A stretch of 64,000 nt of DNA, taken from positions 1-64,000 of the IMG/VR virus record IMGVR_UViG_3300031159_000072; one strand, given 5' to 3'. The translations under genes and the position numbers were made by a program. This DNA is from a virus. Below, piece by piece: positions 1-8,286 of this stretch. The notes below the pieces were generated by a model. It worked only from the letters and a program-made list of their open reading frames with translations. It did no database searches and was not told the DNA's origin. Each line of letters starts with the position of its first letter. Within the stretch, counting starts at the first letter, position 1.

Positions 1-1044
1 TCAGGCCATCAACTCCCACGGTCGCACCATCTTCAGCCGCGCCACGACATCGTGCAGCCGGTGCCTGACGTGCGTGTAGCGCTGCGTCATGACCAAGCTC
101 GTGTGCCCCAGCAGCTCCTGCACGTCCCTTATGTCGTTGCCCGCGTCGAGCACGTTCGTTGCGAAGGTGTGCCTCATGTCATAGGGCCGGAAGTCCTCGA
201 TGCCGGCCGCGTTGATGACCTGCCGCAGGGTCTTGTGCAGCCCCGGAAAGTTGCCGTTCGTTCCGATAGTCCACGGCTGGCCGTCCCTCCGTCGGAATAC
301 CCGCCCTTCCCGGTGTGGAAGGGACAGCAGGACGGCCAGCGCCTTCGGGTGCAGCGGCACGATGCGTCGCCGCGTCTTGCCGCCCTTGCGCGTCGTGAAG
401 AGTACCGTCTTGCGCCCCAGATCTATTTGCTCCCAGGTGCAGCGCGCCGCTTCCCCCGTTCTGGCCCCCGTATAGAGCATGAAGACGATCATGGGGACGA
501 GATGCGGCGCCCGCCGCTTGGCCGCTGCCAGCAGCCGCTCAACCTCCGGTTCCGTCAGGCGCCGGGTCCGCTCGTCGTCGACCTTCGGCATCGGGACCTT
601 CGGCGGCTTCGGAAGCCAGTCGTGCTTGTAGGCCATGTTCAGGATAGCGGCCAGTGTAACCAAGCTTCGCTTCACTGACCCCGGCTTGTGTCCGGCGTGC
701 CGCACCCGCACCCAGTGGGCAATGACCTCCGGCGTAATGTCTGTCAGCTTGCGGCCCCCGAAGTACTTGCGCAGATCTCCGACGAGCCACCGATCGTGGT
801 AGGAGACACCCTCCGGCCTCCCCAGGTACAAGTCAGCAGCATCGTCGAAAGTCTTGGCGGCGCTACTAGCGGGCGCTGAGGGCGTCACGCCAAGTGTAAG
901 CTGAGCCTCTAATTCCTTGAGCTTTTGTCTGGCTTTCTCGACTTCATGCAGCTTGCAGCCAGTGGATTTCCGTACTTTCTTCCCGTTCCAGTACCCAACG
1001 ATCTGAAGGCGTCCACCACGGGCCTTCAGCTTCAGCTCCGACAT
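1..1044 (-). CDS. int: tyrosine recombinase / phage integrase
   Basis: 347 aa; C-terminal catalytic region with ...HDMRHTFATNVLDAGNDIRDVQELLGHTSLVMTQRYTHV (R..H..R..Y signature); TGA stop at 1-3. Confidence 0.9.
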   Translation of the reverse strand: MSELKLKARGGRLQIVGYWNGKKVRKSTGCKLHEVEKARQKLKELEAQLTLGVTPSAPASSAAKTFDDAADLYLGRPEGVSYHDRWLVGDLRKYFGGRKLTDITPEVIAHWVRVRHAGHKPGSVKRSLVTLAAILNMAYKHDWLPKPPKVPMPKVDDERTRRLTEPEVERLLAAAKRRAPHLVPMIVFMLYTGARTGEAARCTWEQIDLGRKTVLFTTRKGGKTRRRIVPLHPKALAVLLSLPHREGRVFRRRDGQPWTIGTNGNFPGLHKTLRQVINAAGIEDFRPYDMRHTFATNVLDAGNDIRDVQELLGHTSLVMTQRYTHVRHRLHDVVARLKMVRPWELMA

Positions 1045-1536
1045 TTACTCCTCTTCGTTTCGGAAGATGTATGCGTCTGGTGCATCCGGGCTCCAAGTCG
1101 CGTCCCAGTCCTTGGGTACGCCGTGCGACATTTCCCGATAGGTTTCGGGCGGGATGGCCTCGTAAGCATCCCGTGTCAGTAGGATGACTTGTGCGCGTGT
1201 GTGGACGTCTGGCCCTAGCTTCTTCATGATGCCCCGAACGTACACTTTGGCGGTGCTCTCGGTGACGCCCATGCGCTCGGCGATCTCGGCATTGGACGCT
1301 CCGCGCATTAGCATCTGGTAGGCACAGTGCTGCTTGACTGTAAACGTAGCCAAGATTTTTGCTATTCGTGAATGCGCGGAAGTGTCCCGTGCCTTCTCAG
1401 GTGTTTGGGTGGGGGCGTTTGTCTTCCCCACTAGACGTTCAATAAGACGCTCATAAGCCTCTACTTGCGCCCTAAGTCGCTCGACTTCCAACTGCAACGC
1501 TTCCATTGCTTTTAAGTCCATGTTGTCTTGTGGCAT
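1045..1536 (-). CDS. LuxR/GerE-family HTH transcriptional regulator with N-terminal coiled coil
   Basis: C-terminal LMRGASNAEIAERMGVTESTAKVYVRGIMKKLG matches the LuxR-type HTH; directly abuts int. Confidence 0.6.
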   Translation of the reverse strand: MPQDNMDLKAMEALQLEVERLRAQVEAYERLIERLVGKTNAPTQTPEKARDTSAHSRIAKILATFTVKQHCAYQMLMRGASNAEIAERMGVTESTAKVYVRGIMKKLGPDVHTRAQVILLTRDAYEAIPPETYREMSHGVPKDWDATWSPDAPDAYIFRNEEE

Positions 1537-1651
1537 GTTCGCCCTTCTTTCTCCTTTATTGCGCTGTTCAGATCCCTCCTGCCCCCCTGCGGTTCTCCTT
1601 AGTTGGTTCTAATGCGTCTGCATAAACGTCTTGCGACGCAATCGCAAGTGA

Positions 1652-2197
1652 CTAGCTATAGCCCAAAGACTTAAGAGCCGCATAAATTGGCCCCCAGGGT
1701 TTACCCTGCAAGGAGGCTGGTATCTCCGGGGCGTCCCTGGGGCATTCGCTGCACGCGACGTGCTTTAGCCCATTGATCCTGGTGCTTTTCCCTGGGCCGG
1801 TCTGGAGCGCGCAGCCGTTCTTCCGCCGCGCTAGCGCATACCGCTTTTCGCCGTACTCATCCCAGCCGATCAGCACGAGTGCGTCCTCCGGCAGCGTTTC
1901 GATCTCCCGCAGGCGCAGCCACTTCCCGTCGACCGCGTAGGCGCCGGGCTTTGAGAGGTCGACCGACCCGACCGACTTCATCCAGGCCATGATGCCTGGC
2001 CCGGTGCGCCGGGGCCTGGCCGGCCCCGCCGCTACTCCGGGTCCGCTCAGTGCGAGCGCGTTCGTGGGGAAGTTGAAGGCATACCCGGACTTCGGGTCCC
2101 GCTCATTGCACAGGTCCGCGGCCAGTCGCCCGATGGTCGTCAGCTCGTCCAGGCTCATCCCCTGCATCACCGACTCAATCGTTTCGAGCGCGTTCAC
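1652..2197 (-). CDS. hypothetical protein (GTG start)
   Basis: 181-aa ORF with protein-like composition; no recognisable motif. Confidence 0.45.
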   Translation of the reverse strand: MNALETIESVMQGMSLDELTTIGRLAADLCNERDPKSGYAFNFPTNALALSGPGVAAGPARPRRTGPGIMAWMKSVGSVDLSKPGAYAVDGKWLRLREIETLPEDALVLIGWDEYGEKRYALARRKNGCALQTGPGKSTRINGLKHVACSECPRDAPEIPASLQGKPWGPIYAALKSLGYS

Positions 2198-2383
2198 GTC
2201 TCCACTCCACGATTGTCTGCAAGGTCCGCTGCAACAGCCTTGCCCGCCAGCCCTCGTTCTCGAGGGCCATGGCGCAGCCGAAGGCCAACAGCAGCGCCTC
2301 GGGGAGCGGGTCCCGCACCCTCGCCGGGTACAGGACCTCGATCCGTCCGTCCGCCCTGAAGATCAGGGCCGCTTCTCCGTCCT

Positions 2384-2983
2384 CTATTCGGATTCGCTCT
2401 TGACCACCGAGATCAGGCTGTACTGGCCGTCCCGGTGCCGATACAGGCTGTGGCTGCGCATCACCTCGCCGAGCGCCTGCCTCACCTTCTTGACGCCTTC
2501 CGTCTTCCAGATGATGCCGTGGTGCTCCAGCACCGTCCCAGACGCCCTCACGATGATGTCGATCAGGTTCTCCAGCTCCCCCTCCGTGAACTGGCCCCGC
2601 CGGTCCCCGCTGTCCGGCTCGTGGCTCACCCCCTTGCGGGTCAGCGTGCTGGCCAGGTCTCGCCGGAGGAAGTCCGGCAGCGTCAGGTCTATGTCGTCCT
2701 TGGTCCAGGGCCGGCCCTTCGGTGCCACGTCCGGGTACCAGGGCTTGGCCCTCTGCCGCATAGGGCTGACGGGGCGCGGCGACCTCCTCTGCGCCGCTGC
2801 CGTGTAGAGGTCGTCTGGGTTCCCGCGGAACAGGTCGTCGACGCGATCGTTGAGCGGGTCATCGCCCCACGTCCGGGGCTGGTAGGCGCGCCGCGGCTCC
2901 TCCTTCTTCTCCGTCTTGACCAGGTCTCCGAGCATCTTCCTGGCGACGCTCTTGGCCATGTCGTTGTTGGTGGTCATCTGCAT
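2384..2983 (-). CDS. hypothetical protein (start trimmed to MQMTTNNDMAKSV)
   Basis: The upstream 76 aa of the long ORF are Arg/His-rich GC artefact; a plausible protein sequence begins at the internal Met. Confidence 0.5.
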   Translation of the reverse strand: MQMTTNNDMAKSVARKMLGDLVKTEKKEEPRRAYQPRTWGDDPLNDRVDDLFRGNPDDLYTAAAQRRSPRPVSPMRQRAKPWYPDVAPKGRPWTKDDIDLTLPDFLRRDLASTLTRKGVSHEPDSGDRRGQFTEGELENLIDIIVRASGTVLEHHGIIWKTEGVKKVRQALGEVMRSHSLYRHRDGQYSLISVVKSESE

Positions 2984-3006
2984 TCCTTGGTGCAGGTGTG
3001 CGGATT

Positions 3007-3627
3007 TCAGTCGTCGGAGCGCTTGCGTCCGTCGTACCAGTGGTGCTCCTGAATGTGCTTCAGCACGGTTGGCAGCGTGCCCTTCACCTTCTCTTCCGTG
3101 CGGCCGTAGGTGGTCTTGGTGAGGCAGGCCGTCTCCCCGTCTGGCGAAACCAGGAGGGTGTACATGCCGTACTCCGATAGCGTGTGCTCGAACACGCCGT
3201 AACGCACCCACCCGTCGGCGTGCGGCTTGTAGTACTTGATTGTCTTCCGGATACCATCGAGCGTGCGCTCAAAGCTTTTCGGGTCGCCATAGGTCAGCGC
3301 GACCCTAAGCACCGGTTGGCGTGTTTCGCTCCAGATGCAGCCTGTCGTAAAACCCAGCTCGCGCATAACGCGCTCGCGCTCTCGGTAGACCTCCATGCTG
3401 ACGTCGACGCTCTCCGGCGACAGCAGGTAGGCGAGGCGATCATCCGGGCTCAGCGCTTCCAGCATCGCCCTGCCCAAGTCATCCATGAGCCTTTTCCGCT
3501 TGCCATCCAGACGGCGCAGCTTCCGGTCGATCGGCTCCCTCTCCTTGAGCAGCACCGCCACCTGATTATCCACGTCCGCGATCTTCGCTATCAGTTCCTC
3601 GATTGTCGTCGTGGTCACTGCCAGCAC
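3007..3627 (-). CDS. hypothetical phage protein
   Basis: 206-aa ORF, coiled-coil N-terminus, balanced composition. Confidence 0.55.
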   Translation of the reverse strand: MLAVTTTTIEELIAKIADVDNQVAVLLKEREPIDRKLRRLDGKRKRLMDDLGRAMLEALSPDDRLAYLLSPESVDVSMEVYRERERVMRELGFTTGCIWSETRQPVLRVALTYGDPKSFERTLDGIRKTIKYYKPHADGWVRYGVFEHTLSEYGMYTLLVSPDGETACLTKTTYGRTEEKVKGTLPTVLKHIQEHHWYDGRKRSDD

Positions 3628-3857
3628 TCGAATACGTTGTCTTGCTTCAGCTTCTGCTCCGGCACGTCGTCTGGCGGCAGGAGGGTGAACTCATCGGACG
3701 GGTCGTCTACGTACCTGCCATTGCTGTGGTGGAGGTAGCGCGAGCCACCAGCCACACTCTCGACAATCACAAAACCGTCCTTTGCGTGGATGATCTTGTG
3801 CTCAACACCCCGCCCATCCTTCACGATCGTGCCAGGCGGCAGCTTGGTGAAGTCCAT
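3615..3857 (-). CDS. small protein, FDEWE-tail family member A (ends ...NVFECWQ)
   Basis: 80 aa; N-terminal DFTKLPPGTIVKDGRGV... β-barrel-like signature; C-terminal Φ-F-E-C-W-Q; TGATG-coupled to the next member. Confidence 0.6.
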   Translation of the reverse strand: MDFTKLPPGTIVKDGRGVEHKIIHAKDGFVIVESVAGGSRYLHHSNGRYVDDPSDEFTLLPPDDVPEQKLKQDNVFECWQ

Positions 3858-4189
3858 CACTGCCACTCCTCGAACACGCTTCGCGCCGCGCCCGCCTCTC
3901 TCGCCGGCTCGTCCTGCGGCAGCCTGATGGTGTTCGGGTCGAGGTCCCTCGCCGAGGCGCCCTTGAAGCGGGGCTTCGGCGCCTCGTGGTCCACCTGCAT
4001 TTTGGGGCCACAGTAGCGCCCGCTCCGGGTCCACATCCACTGCCTCGAGCCGAGCGGGTCTGCGGCCCTCTGCGCCGCCACCCATTTTCCGGGCTCCACG
4101 TCAACGATCCGCACGGGTATTCTCCCGACACCCTTGAGCCGCACCATCGTGCCTATGGGCAGCTTGGTGAAGTCCACCGCCCGTCTCAT
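3857..4189 (-). CDS. small protein, FDEWE-tail family member B (ends ...SVFEEWQ)
   Basis: 110 aa; MRRAVDFTKLPIGTMVRLKG...; ATGA overlap with member C. Confidence 0.6.
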   Translation of the reverse strand: MRRAVDFTKLPIGTMVRLKGVGRIPVRIVDVEPGKWVAAQRAADPLGSRQWMWTRSGRYCGPKMQVDHEAPKPRFKGASARDLDPNTIRLPQDEPAREAGAARSVFEEWQ

Positions 4190-4515
4190 TGCCACTCCTC
4201 GAACACGCTGGCTCGCTTCTCGTCTTGCCGCCCCCCGTTGGCTGTAGCCCACTGCGGCACGCTGTCGGGGTCTAGGTTTACGCAGACCCCATGTTCACTG
4301 GTGGTCCGACTTTCGATCGGCGGCGGCTCCGATAGGCCCAATGAGTACCTGACGATCCTGCCGTCGGCTGCAGACCAGTATGTGTCCCCGCTCCTTTCTG
4401 CCCTTATCCGGACGCACCCGTCTCGCACGTCAATGATCTCGACGTTTCTTCCGCAGTAGTCCTTCACCACAGTGCCGATCGGAAGCGTGGTGAAGTCTGG
4501 CCGCTTCATTGACAT
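4186..4515 (-). CDS. small protein, FDEWE-tail family member C (ends ...SVFEEWQ)
   Basis: 109 aa; MSMKRPDFTTLPIGTVVKDYCGRNVEIIDVRDG... Confidence 0.6.
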   Translation of the reverse strand: MSMKRPDFTTLPIGTVVKDYCGRNVEIIDVRDGCVRIRAERSGDTYWSAADGRIVRYSLGLSEPPPIESRTTSEHGVCVNLDPDSVPQWATANGGRQDEKRASVFEEWQ

Positions 4516-4676
4516 TCCTCGATCACCGTCTTGATCCGTTCGTGATCCTTGTGTCTGATCCGCTTCCGCCGCACCGCCTTGGCCACCCGCAGCCAGAACC
4601 GCATGTCTCTGGTTTCGTGCAGGGCGAGCCAAGCGAGCGCGACCGTGTATCGACGGCGGCGCTTATTCCCACTCAT
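4506..4676 (-). CDS. small basic protein (56 aa) ending ...VIEECQ, overlapping neighbours
   Basis: MSGNKRRRRYTV...RHKDHERIKTVIEECQ; its ATG lies inside the FDEWE codons of member D and its stop overlaps the ATG of member C; tail resembles the family motif. Confidence 0.3.
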   Translation of the reverse strand: MSGNKRRRRYTVALAWLALHETRDMRFWLRVAKAVRRKRIRHKDHERIKTVIEECQ

Positions 4677-4920
4677 CGAAGACGGCGGTTTTTGGTGTGC
4701 GCTCGGCCTTAAGTTCGACCACACGAGCGCGCAGATGACAGGGGTAGTCCGGGTTATCCTCCTCGCCGACGAACAGTCCGTTCCATCTGTAGAAGAAGGT
4801 CTGTCTACCGTCGTGGATGGTGTAGTCACCGTCCTTATCGGGGCCACCCGTGAGCGTCACCATGCGGCCATCTATCGTCACGAACTGGTCGCCTTTTTCG
4901 GCTTTGCTCAGGTCGATCAT
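4663..4920 (-). CDS. small protein, FDEWE-tail family member D (ends ...AVFDEWE)
   Basis: 85 aa; EKGDQFVTIDGRMVTLTGGPDKDGDYTI (GDxV...GGP...MTV-like small β-barrel signature). Confidence 0.65.
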   Translation of the reverse strand: MIDLSKAEKGDQFVTIDGRMVTLTGGPDKDGDYTIHDGRQTFFYRWNGLFVGEEDNPDYPCHLRARVVELKAERTPKTAVFDEWE

Positions 4921-4923
4921 GGG

Positions 4924-5187
4924 TTACTCCCACTCATCGAAAAGTACGCGCTTCTCCAAGGGCTTCTCGTCATCCCCGACCTTCGCCGCCACGACGCGCC
5001 AATCTTCCGTTGTCCCGTACTTTTCCGGCAGGGCCGAGCAGATCCTCCCATCTGCCCCGTACCAGGCTGTTCCGGCTCCAGGGAGGAAGATGCAGAACGG
5101 GATATTGCTCTGGTCGACGTACGTTATCGTGCCGATCACCCCGTTCTTGCAGCGGACACGATCGCCAACCACGCATCCTTCGAGCAT
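4924..5187 (-). CDS. small protein, FDEWE-tail family member E (ends ...VLFDEWE)
   Basis: 87 aa; 3-nt spacer from neighbours; VVGDRVRCKNGVIGTITYVD...WYGADG. Confidence 0.65.
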   Translation of the reverse strand: MLEGCVVGDRVRCKNGVIGTITYVDQSNIPFCIFLPGAGTAWYGADGRICSALPEKYGTTEDWRVVAAKVGDDEKPLEKRVLFDEWE

Positions 5188-5190
5188 CGG

Positions 5191-5436
5191 TCACTCCCAC
5201 TCATCGAACACCTTGGACAGGCGGGTTAGCGTCATGGCAGATGCGTCGTCGACCAGCGCGTAGCCATCATGGTCGGAGCAGCAGTGAGGATCGCCATCGT
5301 AATGGAGCCAAAGCTCCTGGCCGTCGTCGAACTTGACCTTGTACGGTATCTCCAGGTCATCAACGTCGACGTCGATGACGATTCCCCTCACGCCGTTCTT
5401 GGCCATTACGCGCTCTCCTTTCTCGAGTATTCGCAT
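5191..5436 (-). CDS. small protein, FDEWE-tail family member F (ends ...KVFDEWE)
   Basis: 81 aa; EKGERVMAKNGVRGIVIDVD... Confidence 0.65.
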   Translation of the reverse strand: MRILEKGERVMAKNGVRGIVIDVDVDDLEIPYKVKFDDGQELWLHYDGDPHCCSDHDGYALVDDASAMTLTRLSKVFDEWE

Positions 5437-5439
5437 CGC

Positions 5440-5717
5440 TCACTCCCACTCGTCGAAGAGTGCCGGCCTTGCGGCCGGCGTCTCCTGCTCCTTCGGGTAG
5501 GGAAACTCCACGATGTTGAGGGGATGTTGCGTGCCTGGGTCGACACCGCCATAGGTCCCGTCGGCCCAGTACCATGTTGCGCCCCAGTTCCCGAAGGAGA
5601 TGGCGACGGGGACTCGGCCTGAGTACGGGTCGACCGCGGTGATCTCGCCAATCTGACCGTCTCTAGTGCGGACCTTGTCGCCGATCCGGCCCCCCCCCCC
5701 TCGAAGATGTTGAGCAT
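5440..5717 (-). pseudogene. FDEWE-tail family member G, frame-disrupted at a poly-G(10-11) tract (5690-5700); possible slippage site
   Basis: ATG at 5717 reads MLNIFEGGG, then the frame changes inside the homopolymer; the other frame continues GRIGDKVRTRDGQIGEITAVDP...WYWADG...ALFDEWE*. A run length of 9 or 12 would give one 92-aa member. Confidence 0.5.
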
Positions 5718-5720
5718 GCC

Positions 5721-7766
5721 TCACCGCCTGCCCAGCGCCTTCGACACCGCCCGGTCCGCCGAGAGCAGGTCCTTGTTGTCGACCCGGAAGCGCTCGCCGA
5801 GCAGCATGCGGGCGATGTTGTCGAGCACGCCTTTGGGCAGCTCGGCGAGGCTGTTCAGCACCTGGTAGCGCGGATAGAACTGGCTGACCGCATCGCTCAT
5901 GATGCCGATGCCAATCAGCTTCACGCCCGTCAGCTCGACATAGTCGACGACGTTGCGCAGCCAGTTGTAGATGTGCTGCCTGCCGAAGCTGCTCATGTGG
6001 GCGGGGTATCCATCCGACATGACCAGCAGGATCTTCCTGGCTTCGCGCCGCTTCATGAGGCGGCGGTGCGCCACGAGGACGGCGTCGCCGTCGGAGTTGT
6101 TGCCGCCGGCGCAGGCGGTGATGTGGCCCATCGCCCGTCTGGCTTCCCGCAGGCTCTCGTTGAAGTCCTTGAACACGTAGATGTCCAGCGGCTCCCAACG
6201 GCTGTACTTCTTGCCGTCGTTGATATCCCTCTGGTACTGCTTGGCACTGGCCTCGTCGAGGAAGCCGGACGAGTTGTTGAAGCCGAGGACCTCGAAGGGC
6301 ACGTTGACCTTCTCAAGAACCTCGGCCAGACAGATCGTCGCCTGCATGGCCAGGTACGCCGGCGAGCCGGACATCGAGCCAGACAGGTCGATCAGGATCG
6401 ACAGCGCCGTGTCGAGCGCCGGCGCCTCCTCCTTCATGCGGTAGACGTTCGACTCGCCGTTGTAGGCGGGGACCAGACGCTTCGTGTCGAGCCGGCCGTA
6501 TTCGTGGCCGCCCCGCCAGTCGGCCCGGAGCTTGGCCATGAGCGCCCGCTCCAGCTTGCGGCGCATCTGGTTCGTGCTGCCCTGCGCGTTCTCGAGGGCG
6601 CGCCGGTACATGCTGTCGCCAGACGGCCGGCTCAGGCGGTGGCCATACGAGAAGTTGTTCGAGTAGTCCGGCCGCCCTCTCTTGTCGACGCCGACGTACT
6701 TGCCGGGGCCGTCGTGGCGCGTGTGGATCTTGTCGTGCGACGTTGACCACGGCCTGTAGCCGGCTTCGATCGAAGTCGACGCATCGCCGAAAACGCGCTT
6801 GATGTTGAGTTCGGTGCCGATCGGCGTTGGCGGCGCTTCCCTGTCCGGATCGTAGACCCGGTCCACCTTCTCGGGGCCGGCGCCCACGCCGCCGGTGCTG
6901 CTGGTCGTATCCGGCGCCTTTGTCATCGTGCCGTCTGGCGCTTCGACCGTGTAGGTGTCGGGGCGCTCGCGCTTACCGGCCTCCGCGCCGTCGCTCCCGC
7001 TCTTGCCTCCGCCTTCGCCTCCGCCGCCGCCGCTGCGCTTCTCCCTCTCGTGCTCATGAACCTCCTTGCACAGACGCTCGGCCAGGTCGATCACGTCCTT
7101 CGTGTTGCGGCAGCCTTCGAGGGCGTCGATCCACAGCTCGACCTTGCGCTGGAGGTCGGCCGGCAGCTTGGCCTTGCACTCGGCGTGGCTGCGGGGCGTG
7201 TAGCCGTCGAGCGTGAATTCGTCGTAACCCGCCCGTTGGAAGCCCTCCCAGGTGATGGCGGCCGGGGCGATTATGCGCCAGTCCTCGACGGCCTCGGGCT
7301 GCTTGGGCAGGTGCTCCGTCAGGAACTCGTGGTTCACGGCGTGGTGGACCGCCGCCAGGTTCTCACGCGAGCCGACGTAGTCGGCGATGATGCGCTTCTC
7401 GATGCGCACGTCCTCAAGCGCGTTCAGGATGTGCGGGAAGAGCTTGTCGCCACGCTCCTCCGCGGCCCTCACCGCCGCCTTGTAGGCGGGCATGTCGGTG
7501 TGCCTGTTGTGTCCCGCTTCGTGGTCACAGTAGCCACGGCCGATCATCACTTGCGCCTTGGTCAGCGTCTTCGTCTGGTCGAGCGCCGGCAGGTAGATCG
7601 TGTCGCCGTCGGTGGCCGCTACCTCGCCCTGGAAGACGACGCGCAGCTTGCCGTCCCGGCTGAAGGTGCGGGCCGCCGCCGACGTCGCATCCATGAAGGT
7701 TCCGGCCGGCATGTAGCCTTCGGCCATCGCCTTGGCGACGGCGTTGTCTGAGCCTTTCTTGGCCAT
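5721..7766 (-). CDS. von Willebrand factor A (vWA) domain protein, CobT-like
   Basis: 681 aa from MAKKGSDNAV...; C-terminal vWA with LSILIDLSGSMSG (MIDAS D-x-S-x-S) ... LLVMSDGYPA; N-terminal YCDHEAGHNRHTD region resembles CobT; upstream 144 codons are GC artefact. Confidence 0.7.
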   Translation of the reverse strand: MAKKGSDNAVAKAMAEGYMPAGTFMDATSAAARTFSRDGKLRVVFQGEVAATDGDTIYLPALDQTKTLTKAQVMIGRGYCDHEAGHNRHTDMPAYKAAVRAAEERGDKLFPHILNALEDVRIEKRIIADYVGSRENLAAVHHAVNHEFLTEHLPKQPEAVEDWRIIAPAAITWEGFQRAGYDEFTLDGYTPRSHAECKAKLPADLQRKVELWIDALEGCRNTKDVIDLAERLCKEVHEHEREKRSGGGGGEGGGKSGSDGAEAGKRERPDTYTVEAPDGTMTKAPDTTSSTGGVGAGPEKVDRVYDPDREAPPTPIGTELNIKRVFGDASTSIEAGYRPWSTSHDKIHTRHDGPGKYVGVDKRGRPDYSNNFSYGHRLSRPSGDSMYRRALENAQGSTNQMRRKLERALMAKLRADWRGGHEYGRLDTKRLVPAYNGESNVYRMKEEAPALDTALSILIDLSGSMSGSPAYLAMQATICLAEVLEKVNVPFEVLGFNNSSGFLDEASAKQYQRDINDGKKYSRWEPLDIYVFKDFNESLREARRAMGHITACAGGNNSDGDAVLVAHRRLMKRREARKILLVMSDGYPAHMSSFGRQHIYNWLRNVVDYVELTGVKLIGIGIMSDAVSQFYPRYQVLNSLAELPKGVLDNIARMLLGERFRVDNKDLLSADRAVSKALGRR

Positions 7767-8062
7767 CAGTGCCTCGTGTCGGTTGTCGGTGCGTTCTGTC
7801 TGGACCAGATGGACGGGTTGCCCATCAGGTCGGTGGTCGGCGTGAAGCCGAGCTGGTGCATGGCCGTGTCCGCCGCCATCGCCCGTTGCTGGGCGAGGGC
7901 GACCTGCTTCTGGAGCCGGTGGTAGGCGACCTCGATGTCGGTGCCCAGGAGACCGCACTGCACCCAGCCGAGGCTGAGGCGCAGGCCACGCCTGCTCCAG
8001 CTTATCTTGAAGCCGTGGAACCGTGTCGTGAACACGACGTAGGCAGTAAAGGCGCGGCTCAT
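7766..8062 (-). CDS. hypothetical small protein (98 aa)
   Basis: Starts MSRAFTAYVVFTTRFHGF...; its stop overlaps the vWA start (TGATG). Confidence 0.45.
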   Translation of the reverse strand: MSRAFTAYVVFTTRFHGFKISWSRRGLRLSLGWVQCGLLGTDIEVAYHRLQKQVALAQQRAMAADTAMHQLGFTPTTDLMGNPSIWSRQNAPTTDTRH

Positions 8063-8250
8063 GGCCTCCTTCCCGCTTGCGCTCGCTGCCTTTCGTAATC
8101 CGGGTGCTCCCTGCTGTTGCACCCCATCCGCACAGACCACTGGCTGAACGGGTTGTGCAGGGCGACCAGGCCGCAGTGCTTGCAGACAGACCGCCCAATG
8201 CGCTTGTTCAGCTCCATGTTGTGCGGCTCGATCTTGAAGGCGCGGCTCAT
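8059..8250 (-). CDS. hypothetical small protein (63 aa), possible Zn-binding (CKHC)
   Basis: MSRAFKIEPHNMELNKRIGRSVCKHCG...; shares the ggcgcggctcATG start context with the downstream gene. Confidence 0.4.
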   Translation of the reverse strand: MSRAFKIEPHNMELNKRIGRSVCKHCGLVALHNPFSQWSVRMGCNSREHPDYERQRAQAGRRP

Positions 8251-8286
8251 GCCGCGCCTCCCTCGTGCATCTTACGCACCCCTGCC

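Noticed and set aside
52-678. Long plus-strand ORFs antisense to int (52..678, 200..475), plus many other Arg/Pro/Ser-rich ORFs antisense to real genes (5973..6746, 8413..9960, 10298..11458, 12461..13627, 20502..22283, 22181..23926, 24676..26490, 44823..47876, 47949..50987)
   Set aside because: Their composition (R/P/A/G-rich, low K/I/F/Y) is typical of stop-poor antisense frames in ~65% GC DNA. Each overlaps a gene with a recognisable product or clear protein-like composition and ATGA-coupled starts.
1-1100. attL or a tRNA integration target next to the integrase
   Set aside because: The integrase C-terminus abuts position 1, so any att core or host tRNA would lie outside the window.
2198-2383. 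A possible ~70-aa ORF (IEDGEAALIFRADGRIEVLYP...) in the 2198-2383 gap
   Set aside because: No in-frame ATG, GTG or TTG start with an RBS could be found, and it was not in the ORF track. Left unannotated.
5440-6198. The 252-aa ORF 5440..6198 as a single long gene
   Set aside because: Its N-terminal 160 codons are antisense or overlap artefact (Arg/Gln/Pro-rich) running into the vWA gene. Only the C-terminal part matches the FDEWE family, and it needs the ATG at 5717 in the other frame.
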